Part shown: positions 19,570 through 29,137 of the stretch, piece after piece
Numbering within the stretch: position 1 is the stretch's first letter
Layout of the letters: each line of letters begins with the position of its first letter
Source of the DNA: a virus
DNA length: 64,000 nucleotides
IMG/VR virus record: IMGVR_UViG_3300022188_000226
Span: 52,258 to 116,257 of that record
Direction: 5' to 3' (one strand)
Notes under the pieces: model-generated
The model's input: the letters and a program-made list of their open reading frames with translations, nothing else
The model's database searches: none
What the model was told of the DNA's origin: nothing
Position numbers and translations under genes: made by a program

Positions 19570-20054
19570 AACTTACATTAAATGTTGGTTGTGGAGAAAG
19601 GACTTACAAGGAATACCCGCCAGGTCATAAATGTATAAATTATGACGAGCGTGAAAACCTTAACAATATAGATGAGGTCGGTGACGTTAGAGATTTATCT
19701 AAGTTTCCTGATGAGAATTTTGATTATATACTTGCAAGTGATATAATCGAGCATTTTCCAATTGTTGAAACAGATAAGGTTTTGGCAGAATGGAAAAGAG
19801 TACTTACAGTAGGTGGGATAATTGAGTTTAGAATGCCAAATCTAAAAGTTATTTGTAAAAAATATATAGATGGAAAACATGACGCTAAACACACCTCTTG
19901 GCTACTTTATGGTGGTCAGGGATACTCCGGAAATTTCCATTACGTTGGTTACGACAAACAATGGTTCTCCTCTATCCTTGAGACCAATGGGTTTGAAGTT
20001 TTTGATTATAAAGAGATAGGAAATAATTTTGAAATAAAGGGGAGAAAAATATGA
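19566..20054 (+). CDS. class I SAM-dependent methyltransferase
   Basis: LNVGCG, FPDENFDYI, IIEH, RVLTVGG. Confidence 0.85.
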   Translation: MKLTLNVGCGERTYKEYPPGHKCINYDERENLNNIDEVGDVRDLSKFPDENFDYILASDIIEHFPIVETDKVLAEWKRVLTVGGIIEFRMPNLKVICKKYIDGKHDAKHTSWLLYGGQGYSGNFHYVGYDKQWFSSILETNGFEVFDYKEIGNNFEIKGRKI

Positions 20055-21040
20055 ATATAACATTAATCGGTTTAGGTTATTGGGGACCTAACTTACTAAG
20101 AGTTCTTAATAAAATAGGGGCATTACGATCAGCATACGATTTGGATGTGGAAAAGGTTAATAAATTCTCACACGATCCTTCTTATAAACACATAGAATTT
20201 GGGACAGACTACAAAGACGCTTTGACAGATGATATAGACGCTGTTGTTATAGCTACGCCCCCAAGTACCCACCATACTATAGCTGTCGAGGCTATGAAGT
20301 CCGGTAAACATGTTTTTATAGAGAAGCCTATGACATTAGATGTCTACGAAGCAGAAGATCTTACAAAAATGGCTAAAGCGTTAGGCCTTATTCTTATGGT
20401 GGGGCATATCTTTCTATATGTGCCTGAAGTTATAAAAATAAAAGACATAATAGATTCCGGTGAATTAGGTGATATTGTGTATATTCATGCATCGAGATTA
20501 AATCTGGGAAAATTTCAAAAGGCCAATGTAGTTTCTGATTTAGCTCCACATGATATATCTATATTCAATTTTCTAACTGATGATGATGTAGTTAGGGTGC
20601 ATGCAAATGGTTATGGTTTTGTGAAGAAAGAAGTAGTTGAAGTAGCTAAGATAACTTTAGAGTATTCTCGTGGTATGGTGTGTGATCTTCATCTCAGTTG
20701 GTTGGATCCTAGAAAAAAGCGAGTTACTACTATAGTTGGTACGGAGAAGATGTTAGTGTACAACATGTTAGCTGAAGAGAAAATTAAAATATATAATAAG
20801 GGTGTTGACATACAAGATACTAGTGATCATGCTGCTTATATGTTGGCGTACAGACATGGAGATGTCTATTCTCCTTACACAGAAGTGTGGGAGCCTTTAC
20901 AAAAAGAATGTGAATGTTTTATAGAATGTATAAACAAAAAAGAATCACCACTCACTGATGGAGCAAATGGTGTGGCTGTAGTAAAGGTTTTAGACGCGGC
21001 TCTTAGTTCTTTAGAGACAGGTGGTTGGGTAACCCTCTAG
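20051..21040 (+). CDS. Gfo/Idh/MocA NAD-dependent oxidoreductase (WbpB/WlbA-like)
   Basis: IGLGYWG, IATPPSTH, HVFIEKP, DLAPHD. Confidence 0.92.
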   Translation: MNITLIGLGYWGPNLLRVLNKIGALRSAYDLDVEKVNKFSHDPSYKHIEFGTDYKDALTDDIDAVVIATPPSTHHTIAVEAMKSGKHVFIEKPMTLDVYEAEDLTKMAKALGLILMVGHIFLYVPEVIKIKDIIDSGELGDIVYIHASRLNLGKFQKANVVSDLAPHDISIFNFLTDDDVVRVHANGYGFVKKEVVEVAKITLEYSRGMVCDLHLSWLDPRKKRVTTIVGTEKMLVYNMLAEEKIKIYNKGVDIQDTSDHAAYMLAYRHGDVYSPYTEVWEPLQKECECFIECINKKESPLTDGANGVAVVKVLDAALSSLETGGWVTL

Positions 21041-21056
21041 AAAGGTAATTAAAAAT

Positions 21057-21530
21057 ATGGTTATGGCAATAGATAACGATGTTGTAATAGGTAAAGGCAC
21101 TAAACTGTGGTTTCGTGATAAATCAAATATATATGGGTGTAGGATAGGTAATAATTGTAACATAGGTACCTTAGTAGAGATAAGAAAAGGTGTAATCATA
21201 GGTGATGATTGTAAGATTCAAGCCTTTACTTTTATACCTGAAGGAATTAGTATAGGTAATCGGGTTTTTATTGGTCCACATGTTTGTTTTACTAATGATA
21301 AATATCCCAGAGTTGTTGGTAAATGGGATGAATTAAAAACAATAGTGGAAGATGATGCTAGTTTAGGGGCAGGTTCAATTATTTGTCCCGGTGTTACTGT
21401 AGGGAAGGGAGCTATGGTGGGTGCAGGATCAGTTGTAACTAAAGATGTTCCGGCCTTCACATTAGTTGTAGGTAATCCAGCTAGAATCGTAAGGTTAGTA
21501 CATAGTAAACCTTTCATTATCGATCTTTAA
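21057..21530 (+). CDS. left-handed beta-helix N-acetyltransferase (WbpD/FdtC-like)
   Basis: Hexapeptide repeats, FIGPHVCFTNDKYP, VGAGSVVTKDVP, GNPARI; last 11 residues come from the IS607 left end. Confidence 0.92.
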   Translation: MVMAIDNDVVIGKGTKLWFRDKSNIYGCRIGNNCNIGTLVEIRKGVIIGDDCKIQAFTFIPEGISIGNRVFIGPHVCFTNDKYPRVVGKWDELKTIVEDDASLGAGSIICPGVTVGKGAMVGAGSVVTKDVPAFTLVVGNPARIVRLVHSKPFIIDL

Positions 21531-21590
21531 TATATCTTAATAAATTAACCTTCTTAGTATAAAGAGGCTATAATTCAAATAAGATACTAG

Positions 21591-21944
21591 AATTACATTC
21601 TAAAAACGGAATCATGGTAAAGGAGATATGACGTTAATGATATCAGAAGTGGATTCAACTATAAGCGAAAAGGGTTGCAATCCATTCTTCGACGAGCAAT
21701 GTCAGGAGAGGCAATCAAACTTGTTTCTGCCTATAGAGATAGAATCACAAGATTTAGCATTGAACTCATCTCACTTGCTATTAAAGAAAATGGTGGAGAA
21801 CTCGTGGTTTTCAACTAAGCTACTTTATCCGCGGAACAAAAACTTACAGCAGACTTACTTAACATCTTGCACGTCTTCTCCTGCAGAATGCGTGTTTATA
21901 AAAAGCAAGTCTGTGAGACTTTATCCAACCAAAAGTCAAGTTAA
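21591..21944 (+). pseudogene. tnpA: IS607 serine-recombinase tnpA remnant
   Basis: Frame reads KTESW*RRYDVNDIRSGFNYKRKGL...AYRDRITRF...GGELVVFN*...EQKLTADLLNILHVFSCR; catalytic YARVS segment absent, two stops. Confidence 0.88.
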
Positions 21945-22999
21945 ACTCTTCAAATGCTGGTTAGATTGTTCAAGATATGTTTATAACTGGACCATAGATT
22001 TCTTAAAATCTTGTATAGGATTTAATCTTAGTTGGATGACTATTAAGAAATATGCTACAAAGTTACTTCCTAAATGGACTAAAGCAATACCATTTCAAGC
22101 CAAAGGGATTGCTATTAGAGAAGCTCATAAAGCGTTTTGGGCAGCTAAAGGTCGCCCTAAATTTAGGAGCAGAAAAAAGCCTTTACAATCTTGTTACATA
22201 CCTAAATCAGCTATTTCTGATAAAGGAATTTATTCAAGAATATCCGGTAAAGGTTTAATTTTTAAAGAAGTTTTACCAGAACAACTTATGGACAGCAGAT
22301 TAGTTTTTCAATATAATCAATGGTTTTTGTCCGTACCCAGTAATCACACAAATCGTGTAGCCGATAACCAAGGGCACGGAATTGTGGCTTTAGATCCTGG
22401 GATACGAACATTTCAAACTTTTTATTCTGAAACAAGTGCTGGACATATTGGGCAATATGATATTGGTAGAATTAATAGGTTGTGTTATTATTTAGACAAT
22501 TTGATTTCAAGAACTTCTAAAGTTTTTGGAAACAAAAAGAAACGAATGAAACTTGCTCAAGATAGAATTCGTTTAAAGATTCAAAATTTAGTTAAAGAGT
22601 TGCATCATAAAACAGCTTATTTTTTAGTAAATAACTTCGATGTAATATTGTTACCGACATTTGGTGTTAAACAGATGAGTAAAAAAATCTAGTAAGTTAA
22701 GATCTAAAACTGTTCGTCAAATGCTAACTTGGTCCCATTATAAATTCAAAATGTTCTTGAAAAACAAGGCATTAGAGTTTGGGAAGATTGTTATAGAAGT
22801 TTGTGAAGCTTATACTTCTGTGACAGAAAGTTGGTCAGGTAAAATAGTAAATATTGGAGGATCTAAAGTTATTGGCTCGGGCAAAATAAAGCTCGATCGC
22901 GATCTTAATGGAGCTAGAAATATCTTCGTAAGATCTTTGGGAGATTCACCCTCGCTGAAGAAATTAATATCTTCAGCGTGCGTTGTTAATAATTGTTAA
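21790..22999 (+). pseudogene. tnpB: TnpB (IS607, pro-Fanzor-type active site), frameshifted at the A7 run 22681-22687
   Basis: RLYPT..Q, RYVYNW, ALDPGIRTF, ILLPTF, CEAYTS, LDRDLNGARNI; deleting one A joins ORFs 21628..22692 and 22721..22999. Confidence 0.9.
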
Positions 23000-23023
23000 C
23001 GAAAAAGGATCGGAGTTTAAAAG

Positions 23024-23908
23024 ATGAGTAATACAATGTTATTTGCAGTTTGGAATAGGCCGGAAATGTTCGCTCTAGTTACAGAGAGTTTAGTGGAAGC
23101 ATATAATTATTATCAGTTTCCAGATCTTAAATTTGTTTTTGCAGTTGAAGCTCCTAATGATCCTAAAGTGTTAGAGCTCATAAAGACGTTTCCATTTCCT
23201 GTAGAAGTTGTTCTTGTTAGAAACAAGCATTTTGGTTTAAGCAGAAATATATTGGAAGCCATGAAGGTGGCTATGGAAAAGACAGACGATTATGTGTTTT
23301 TCCAAGCTGATGACATAGTTGTGCATAAAACATTCTTTAAATTTTATCATACTTTAATTGAAGAGTATAAAGATAAATTTTCTGTACACAGTCTTGCGAC
23401 ATACACAGAAGGTGGTAACATCAATAAAGTAAACATAGGACACGCATATGATGCTGCAGGAGCATGTATTTCTAAAGAATTTTGGACAGATTATATTGCT
23501 AAATGTTCTGATGAGTCTTTTTATAGTTATAGGTCTTATTTTGTTAATAGGTTGGATGAAATGTTTAAAGAGTATTTTCCTCACCCGTATAAGTTTAAAG
23601 CTGGTCAAGGAAAGCATAACCAACAAGCAGGGTTAATAAATAGACTTGTAGATGTTGCTCTTATAAAAGAGGGTTACAACTCAACTACGGTTGATGTGGC
23701 TAGAGTACGTAATGTGGGTTTCTACGGAAGAAATAGACCTGGAAGTGGTTTAACAGGAGAAACTTTCGAAGATAGAATTAAAAATTTGAGAGAAATTATT
23801 ACTGATCGTGACAGAATTTACGCTCATACAGCGACAAAACAATACAGTGATTATGTTAATTTTGATGAGCATCTGGATGATTGGGATGGGAGTATTATAC
23901 TAAAATGA
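23024..23908 (+). CDS. GT-A fold glycosyltransferase
   Basis: FAVWNRPE, GLSRNILEAM, FFQADDI, RVRNVGFYG. Confidence 0.7.
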   Translation: MSNTMLFAVWNRPEMFALVTESLVEAYNYYQFPDLKFVFAVEAPNDPKVLELIKTFPFPVEVVLVRNKHFGLSRNILEAMKVAMEKTDDYVFFQADDIVVHKTFFKFYHTLIEEYKDKFSVHSLATYTEGGNINKVNIGHAYDAAGACISKEFWTDYIAKCSDESFYSYRSYFVNRLDEMFKEYFPHPYKFKAGQGKHNQQAGLINRLVDVALIKEGYNSTTVDVARVRNVGFYGRNRPGSGLTGETFEDRIKNLREIITDRDRIYAHTATKQYSDYVNFDEHLDDWDGSIILK

Positions 23909-24666
23909 AATTGTCAGCGTGCTTATTGACATTCAACGAGGATAGATGGATAGATCTTTGTATAGAACATATGTACGATTACGTAGATGAAATCGTATGT
24001 TTAGACGCAGGTAGTACAGATAATACTTTATCTGTTATAAAGAGGTATGATAAAGTTCGTTATTACGTGGTCCCACAACCGTCCCCACTTAGGGGTCGCC
24101 CAGGCTGGCATGAGGGGGATAGAAGAAATATTTTACAAAGTGCGGCGAGAGGGGACTGGATATTATGTTTGGGTTGTGACGAGCTCATTGAGGACGATGC
24201 TTGGGAAAATATCCATAGCTGGTTGGACAATGACAAAATGTTAGGTTGGGGGTTTTATAGAATAAACTATATGTATAGTTTTGATTGGCACAAACCCATT
24301 CATCAACCAAATAATGGTGGAGAGGTAAGAATTTATAGAAACATTCATCAGATAAAGTGGGAGACAAATAATGCCCACAATTTCCTTAGATTTTATGAGG
24401 ATAAACAATCAGCAGATAGAAATCTTATTAACAACAGTGTTCGTATGTATGACCATCCAGATGTTACTAACACAAAATATCTTATACACCACATGCATCA
24501 AATGGGGATAAGGGGCCACGAACCAGTGCACAATAGGAGAGACGAGACACCAGGTATAGTGACTGAAGAGTACGTAAAGACTCACGGGTTCCATAAAACA
24601 ATAGATAATAATTATTCAAATAAAATAAAGTACCCTCAGATACTGCACGATAAAGACATAATATGA
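23905..24666 (+). CDS. GT2-family glycosyltransferase
   Basis: LSACLLTFNE, DAGSTDNT, WILCLGCDE; ATGA overlap with the upstream stop. Confidence 0.88.
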   Translation: MKLSACLLTFNEDRWIDLCIEHMYDYVDEIVCLDAGSTDNTLSVIKRYDKVRYYVVPQPSPLRGRPGWHEGDRRNILQSAARGDWILCLGCDELIEDDAWENIHSWLDNDKMLGWGFYRINYMYSFDWHKPIHQPNNGGEVRIYRNIHQIKWETNNAHNFLRFYEDKQSADRNLINNSVRMYDHPDVTNTKYLIHHMHQMGIRGHEPVHNRRDETPGIVTEEYVKTHGFHKTIDNNYSNKIKYPQILHDKDII

Positions 24667-25115
24667 ATCAGAAATTAAAAAATATAGCCGCGATAAAATA
24701 TAATGCATCATTGTCCAACCCAACGTATAAATTGTTTGGTCAACATACAGATGTGGGCGTAGGTTGTTTAGCTTTAACTAAACCAGTGCACATAAGAGGT
24801 GGGTGTGAGTTTGATTTGACTGGTAATATTACCATCGGACAGCATACAGAGGTTTCTAAGTATGTTCATTTTTTTACACACAAACATAATTGGCAGGAAT
24901 CTAGAAGACTTAGAAAGGATAATCAGCGAATAGAAGCGGTAGATTTGATTATAGATGGGGATGTGTTTATAGGAGAATCTGCTTTAATTATTACTGTTAG
25001 ACACATAGGCCAAGGGGCTGTAGTTGGTGCTGGTAGTGTTCTAACAAAAGATGTACCTGAGTATGAAATATGGGCAGGAAATCCTGCTGTTAAAATAGGA
25101 GAACGAAATGATTGA
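24663..25115 (+). CDS. left-handed beta-helix acyltransferase
   Basis: FFTHKH, VGAGSVLTKDVP, AGNPA. Confidence 0.88.
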   Translation: MNQKLKNIAAIKYNASLSNPTYKLFGQHTDVGVGCLALTKPVHIRGGCEFDLTGNITIGQHTEVSKYVHFFTHKHNWQESRRLRKDNQRIEAVDLIIDGDVFIGESALIITVRHIGQGAVVGAGSVLTKDVPEYEIWAGNPAVKIGERND

Positions 25116-25917
25116 ATTATCTGTTGGTCTTCCATTTTTTAGATCTAAATATATAGGATGGGCAGCACTTGAATCTCTCTGCCTCCAAGAGAATATAAAT
25201 TTTGAATGGGAACTTATTATAATGGAAGAAGCCAACGATCCAGAGGCTTTGGGTAAAGACGAAATAAGAAAATATGAGAATAGATTAAAAGCTGTGGGTT
25301 GTAAACATCTTAAGTATATTCCATTTAAAAAGTGGGTGCCTTTGGCTGTGAAACTTAAAAAATTAATAAATAGTTTTTCAGATTCAGAAGTGGCTATATG
25401 GAATCCAGACGATTATTATGCTCCTCCTAAATTATTAAGTACAGCATATGATGTTCTTAGTAATGATACAAGTATAGATTGGTTTTCTATACCCAAAACT
25501 ATATTTTATAACATATCTGATGAAAAGACTTTGGTGTATGATGTCTGGGCAACTGCTCTTAGACGCAAAGATGATAGCACTGGACGAGCTTTTAAAACAC
25601 CTTTACTAAAAGAAGCCACTAAATATTTCGACCAACGTAAGGCTGTTTGTGATGGTATGGTAAGAGATGCCTATAAAAAGGTTTTGAATCGCCCTATCGT
25701 CATGCATTTTGATAATACTGACAACTGGAAATGTGGGTTAAATATAAAAGGATTGAATAATGTTTCTAAGGGGCAGGAGAGGTGGTTTTGTAATATTAAG
25801 CCACCGTTATATAGCTGTGAGGTGGAACTAAAGGAATTTATTCCTGAACATGTTTTAAAAAAACTAATAGAATGTAAGAAATATTTAGAACTTCATAAAA
25901 GAGGTGTGGGGAAATGA
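25108..25917 (+). CDS. GT-A/GT2-like glycosyltransferase
   Basis: LSVGLP, ESLCLQ...WELIIMEE, NPDDYY. Confidence 0.65.
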   Translation: MIELSVGLPFFRSKYIGWAALESLCLQENINFEWELIIMEEANDPEALGKDEIRKYENRLKAVGCKHLKYIPFKKWVPLAVKLKKLINSFSDSEVAIWNPDDYYAPPKLLSTAYDVLSNDTSIDWFSIPKTIFYNISDEKTLVYDVWATALRRKDDSTGRAFKTPLLKEATKYFDQRKAVCDGMVRDAYKKVLNRPIVMHFDNTDNWKCGLNIKGLNNVSKGQERWFCNIKPPLYSCEVELKEFIPEHVLKKLIECKKYLELHKRGVGK

Positions 25918-26558
25918 CAACTAGAATATTTATAACGGGCTGTGCAAAGAGCGGAACAACATTATTGTTAAGATTATTTAATTATTTTGATAATATTTTA
26001 GTACTAACAAGTGGTGATAGTAACGAAGTCACGTTAGAGAGGTTGATAAAATGCGAATATGAGGGGGTTATCGTAGGTAAGAGAAAATGGAATTATATAT
26101 TATCAGAAGTTTTACATGATGATATTTTAAAGAAACAAGAAAAATTAATATTGGATAACGATATAAAGGTATTAAACATTGTTAGAGACGGAAGAGACGT
26201 AATTCTTTCAGATAATAAATATGTTCCTCCTAAGAGGTGGATACACTGTGTAAAACAGCGTGAAGAATTAAAGGGGATAATACATCTTGAAGTTAGATAC
26301 GAGGATATAATATATAAACCTGATGAAGTTCAGAAAGAAATAGGTAGTAGTTTTAATCTTAAAAATAAACAAAAATTTTCAGAATACCCTACTGGTTTAG
26401 CTAATGAAATTTTTAATAAGAAAGGGGGTAATCTGTACAAAGCTCGTCCTATCACGGATGTATCAATTCACAAGAATTTAACGGCGTACAAGAATATCTG
26501 TAACGATAAAGAATTGCCAGAATTTGAAAAATTATTAAAGGAGCTAAATTATAAATGA
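25914..26558 (+). CDS. sulfotransferase-family protein
   Basis: 5'-PSB ITGCAKSGTTLL, 3'-PB RDGRDVILS, RYEDI. Confidence 0.85.
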   Translation: MTTRIFITGCAKSGTTLLLRLFNYFDNILVLTSGDSNEVTLERLIKCEYEGVIVGKRKWNYILSEVLHDDILKKQEKLILDNDIKVLNIVRDGRDVILSDNKYVPPKRWIHCVKQREELKGIIHLEVRYEDIIYKPDEVQKEIGSSFNLKNKQKFSEYPTGLANEIFNKKGGNLYKARPITDVSIHKNLTAYKNICNDKELPEFEKLLKELNYK

Positions 26559-27235
26559 AACCTATAGGACTTATAGGGGGTGTCAGTTGGACATCTACCA
26601 TGGAATACTATCGCCGACTTAATAGTAATTTTGACGTGGAGATCCTCATACATAGCTTTAATTTTGCCGACATATTGAAGCATCAGAAAACAAACAACAT
26701 AGAAGAAGAAAGTAGAATGTTAATAACAGCAGCCATGGGTCTTCAGAAAGCTGGTGCAGCAGTAATTCTTATATGTTCTAATACTACGAGTAAAACGTCA
26801 GAAATTGTGGCGAAATGTGTAGATATCCCTTTGGTCAACGTTATAGAAGCTACTGCTAAGCATATTCATACTTCTGGTTTTTCTAAAGTTGGTCTTTTAG
26901 CTACTACACACACAGTAAATAATAAATTATATAATAAATATCTTGGCGATGTTGAAATAATATTACCGACTACAGAACAACAAGAAGATATACATAATAT
27001 AATATATAAAGAGTTATGTAATAACATTATACTAATGCCTTCCAAAATGAAATACCTATATACTATATTAGATATGTGTAATAGAGGTGTTGAGGCTGTG
27101 ATTCTAGGGTGTACTGAGATCCCTTTACTTATATCAAAAGATGATTTAAATGACCTTACATTGCTAGGTTGTTCTATAGATGTTCCAATTATTGATACTA
27201 TAACAGTTCACATTGACGCTTTGGGGAAATATTAA
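26555..27235 (+). CDS. aspartate/glutamate-family amino-acid racemase
   Basis: IGLIGGVSWTST.EYY, CSNT, LGCTEIP (two catalytic Cys). Confidence 0.92.
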   Translation: MKPIGLIGGVSWTSTMEYYRRLNSNFDVEILIHSFNFADILKHQKTNNIEEESRMLITAAMGLQKAGAAVILICSNTTSKTSEIVAKCVDIPLVNVIEATAKHIHTSGFSKVGLLATTHTVNNKLYNKYLGDVEIILPTTEQQEDIHNIIYKELCNNIILMPSKMKYLYTILDMCNRGVEAVILGCTEIPLLISKDDLNDLTLLGCSIDVPIIDTITVHIDALGKY

Positions 27236-28341
27236 TGAGACTAAACAGGTATTATAGACACAAGAAGACTGGGAAAGTGTCCCGATTAATTTTAAATTTA
27301 ATAGAAGATTCAATTACACTTAAAAAGAATGCAGCAACTATCAATTTAATGGCTGGAAACACCCCATTTGAGGAGATAGAGGTTGTGACTCCTTTAGATA
27401 CTTTGTCTGAAGAATATAAAGAGTTGAGTAAGGTCAAGGCACACAGTGTACCTATATCTTGGAATAAGTTCATAGATAAATGTTGGGAAACATATTTGAC
27501 CGCAGTTGATAACGTGTGGGATGATGATAAATTCCATATGGTAATGCACTCTTCAGGGTACGACAGTAGAATTATGTCGTTGGCTCTGAAACAGTTGCAT
27601 AAAGAAAATCTACTGTTTGTTTGCTTAGAGCCGGAGGGTTCGGTGTTTGAAAATATAATGAAGCATCAGGCTTGGTCTGAGGACAAGTACATGGTGTATA
27701 ATAAGGGCATATCTTACGATGAATATTATAAGGAGGGGTTGGACTATGATTTATGTTTAAAGATAACTAATGGTCCATCCGAGAGGCCCGTTAATCCAAA
27801 TGGGGTCGCTTATTATTGTTTGCAAGCTGCAGGAAAAATAGATAAGGATGAAAACATGCAGTTTCACGCAAATCAGTTTGCTGAAATTCTAAATAGCAAG
27901 GTTGTAAATTTTGAGCATTATTATAAGGAATTTTATTATTCTAGATTCAGTAGATTCTGGTCTACGTTTGATTGTAAAGTGTCAGACAATTATTTAGACT
28001 TCGACCTCATGAAGTTTATGATGGAAGCGAAGGTCTCTAATTGGCATACTAGAGACCAGCTTAGAGAAGAGATGATAAGACAAATAGATCCACATATGTT
28101 AAAATTTAAGAGGTGGACTTGGAATGAAGTTTATGGTCAGAACTTTTTTAAGTTGTCTGACAGATTACACAAGAAAGCAGTAGAGGATTACAAAAATTCT
28201 TGGTTCTATAAAAATATAGATAAAGATATAAACAGTACATCTAAATATATGGTGTCAGCAACATTTAAGTGGTGGCAAAAGTGGAGTATGGGAGCTGTTA
28301 CAGACTATCTTGTTAGTAAAGGATGCAATATAAAATTTTAA
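27235..28341 (+). CDS. asparagine-synthetase-like PP-loop ATPase (putative amidoligase)
   Basis: TPFEEI linker then HSSGYDSR PP-loop; no glutaminase domain visible. Confidence 0.55.
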   Translation: MRLNRYYRHKKTGKVSRLILNLIEDSITLKKNAATINLMAGNTPFEEIEVVTPLDTLSEEYKELSKVKAHSVPISWNKFIDKCWETYLTAVDNVWDDDKFHMVMHSSGYDSRIMSLALKQLHKENLLFVCLEPEGSVFENIMKHQAWSEDKYMVYNKGISYDEYYKEGLDYDLCLKITNGPSERPVNPNGVAYYCLQAAGKIDKDENMQFHANQFAEILNSKVVNFEHYYKEFYYSRFSRFWSTFDCKVSDNYLDFDLMKFMMEAKVSNWHTRDQLREEMIRQIDPHMLKFKRWTWNEVYGQNFFKLSDRLHKKAVEDYKNSWFYKNIDKDINSTSKYMVSATFKWWQKWSMGAVTDYLVSKGCNIKF

Positions 28342-28351
28342 GGAGAAATAA

Positions 28352-29095
28352 ATGGATACACCTTTTGCAATATGTATGGGAACAGGAGAGATAGGTACAC
28401 CTTTGTACGAATTAATCAGGGGCGTATTCAACACGTTACCGGTTGATCCTATTCATTTTCCAGGTAACGAGCTTACGACATGCAGCATCTTGCATGTTTG
28501 TATACCCGGAAACATTAGAAATTTTAATGAAATTATTATTGATGCCGCTATATATACAGAGGCATCGTTTGTGGTTGTACATAGTACTGTGGTACCCGGC
28601 ACTATTGACACTATACAAGATAAATTGACGGTACCAGTTATTCATTCTCCAGTACAAGGAAAGCATGCGGGTAATCAGATGAAAAAAGATATGCTAAGAT
28701 ATCCTAAATATTTAGGGGTTCCTAAGACATTGACAGAGAAACAGGAAGGAGAGTTGGTAAAGTTCTTTGAGCTGGTAGGTTTTGCTGACGTTAGAATTAT
28801 ACGCGGTGTTGGTAATGTGGAGTGGCAGAAGGTGTTGGCTACATCTTTCTTCGGTTATATGATAGCTTGGGCCCAAGAGGTGGAGAGAATTTGTGACGAA
28901 TTTAACTTAAATTATGAGGCTGTAACAGATATCTTTAAACATATAGAAGATATAATTCCGCCACATTATCCCGGAGTAATTGGTGGTCACTGTGTTATGC
29001 AGAATATAGAATTAATTAGTAAAATTCACGATTCTGAAGCGTTGGCTTTTATTAAGAAGTCTAATGATTTAAAAAAGAAACGTGATGGTGTATAA
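28352..29095 (+). CDS. UDP-glucose/GDP-mannose dehydrogenase-like protein (short form)
   Basis: GTGEIG, HVCIP, HSTVVPGT, HSP, E..K, GVIGGHCV catalytic Cys. Confidence 0.85.
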   Translation: MDTPFAICMGTGEIGTPLYELIRGVFNTLPVDPIHFPGNELTTCSILHVCIPGNIRNFNEIIIDAAIYTEASFVVVHSTVVPGTIDTIQDKLTVPVIHSPVQGKHAGNQMKKDMLRYPKYLGVPKTLTEKQEGELVKFFELVGFADVRIIRGVGNVEWQKVLATSFFGYMIAWAQEVERICDEFNLNYEAVTDIFKHIEDIIPPHYPGVIGGHCVMQNIELISKIHDSEALAFIKKSNDLKKKRDGV

Positions 29096-29137
29096 CTAGT
29101 AAATAGATGAGTTTAATAATACAAAGGGGAATAAATA

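Larger units (their letters stand above)
21493..23013 (+). mobile_element. IS607-family element (degenerate tnpA + tnpB)
   Basis: Bounded by GG on both sides; removal restores GNPARIVRSLKDE* overlapping the next ATG. Confidence 0.9.

Noticed and set aside
21628-21789. Novel N-terminal fusion domain on TnpB
   Set aside because: This stretch is the alternative reading frame of the tnpA remnant.
21493-23013. IStron (group I intron fused to IS607)
   Set aside because: Only about 100 nt lie between the left end and the tnpA remnant, too short for a group I core, and none was recognised.
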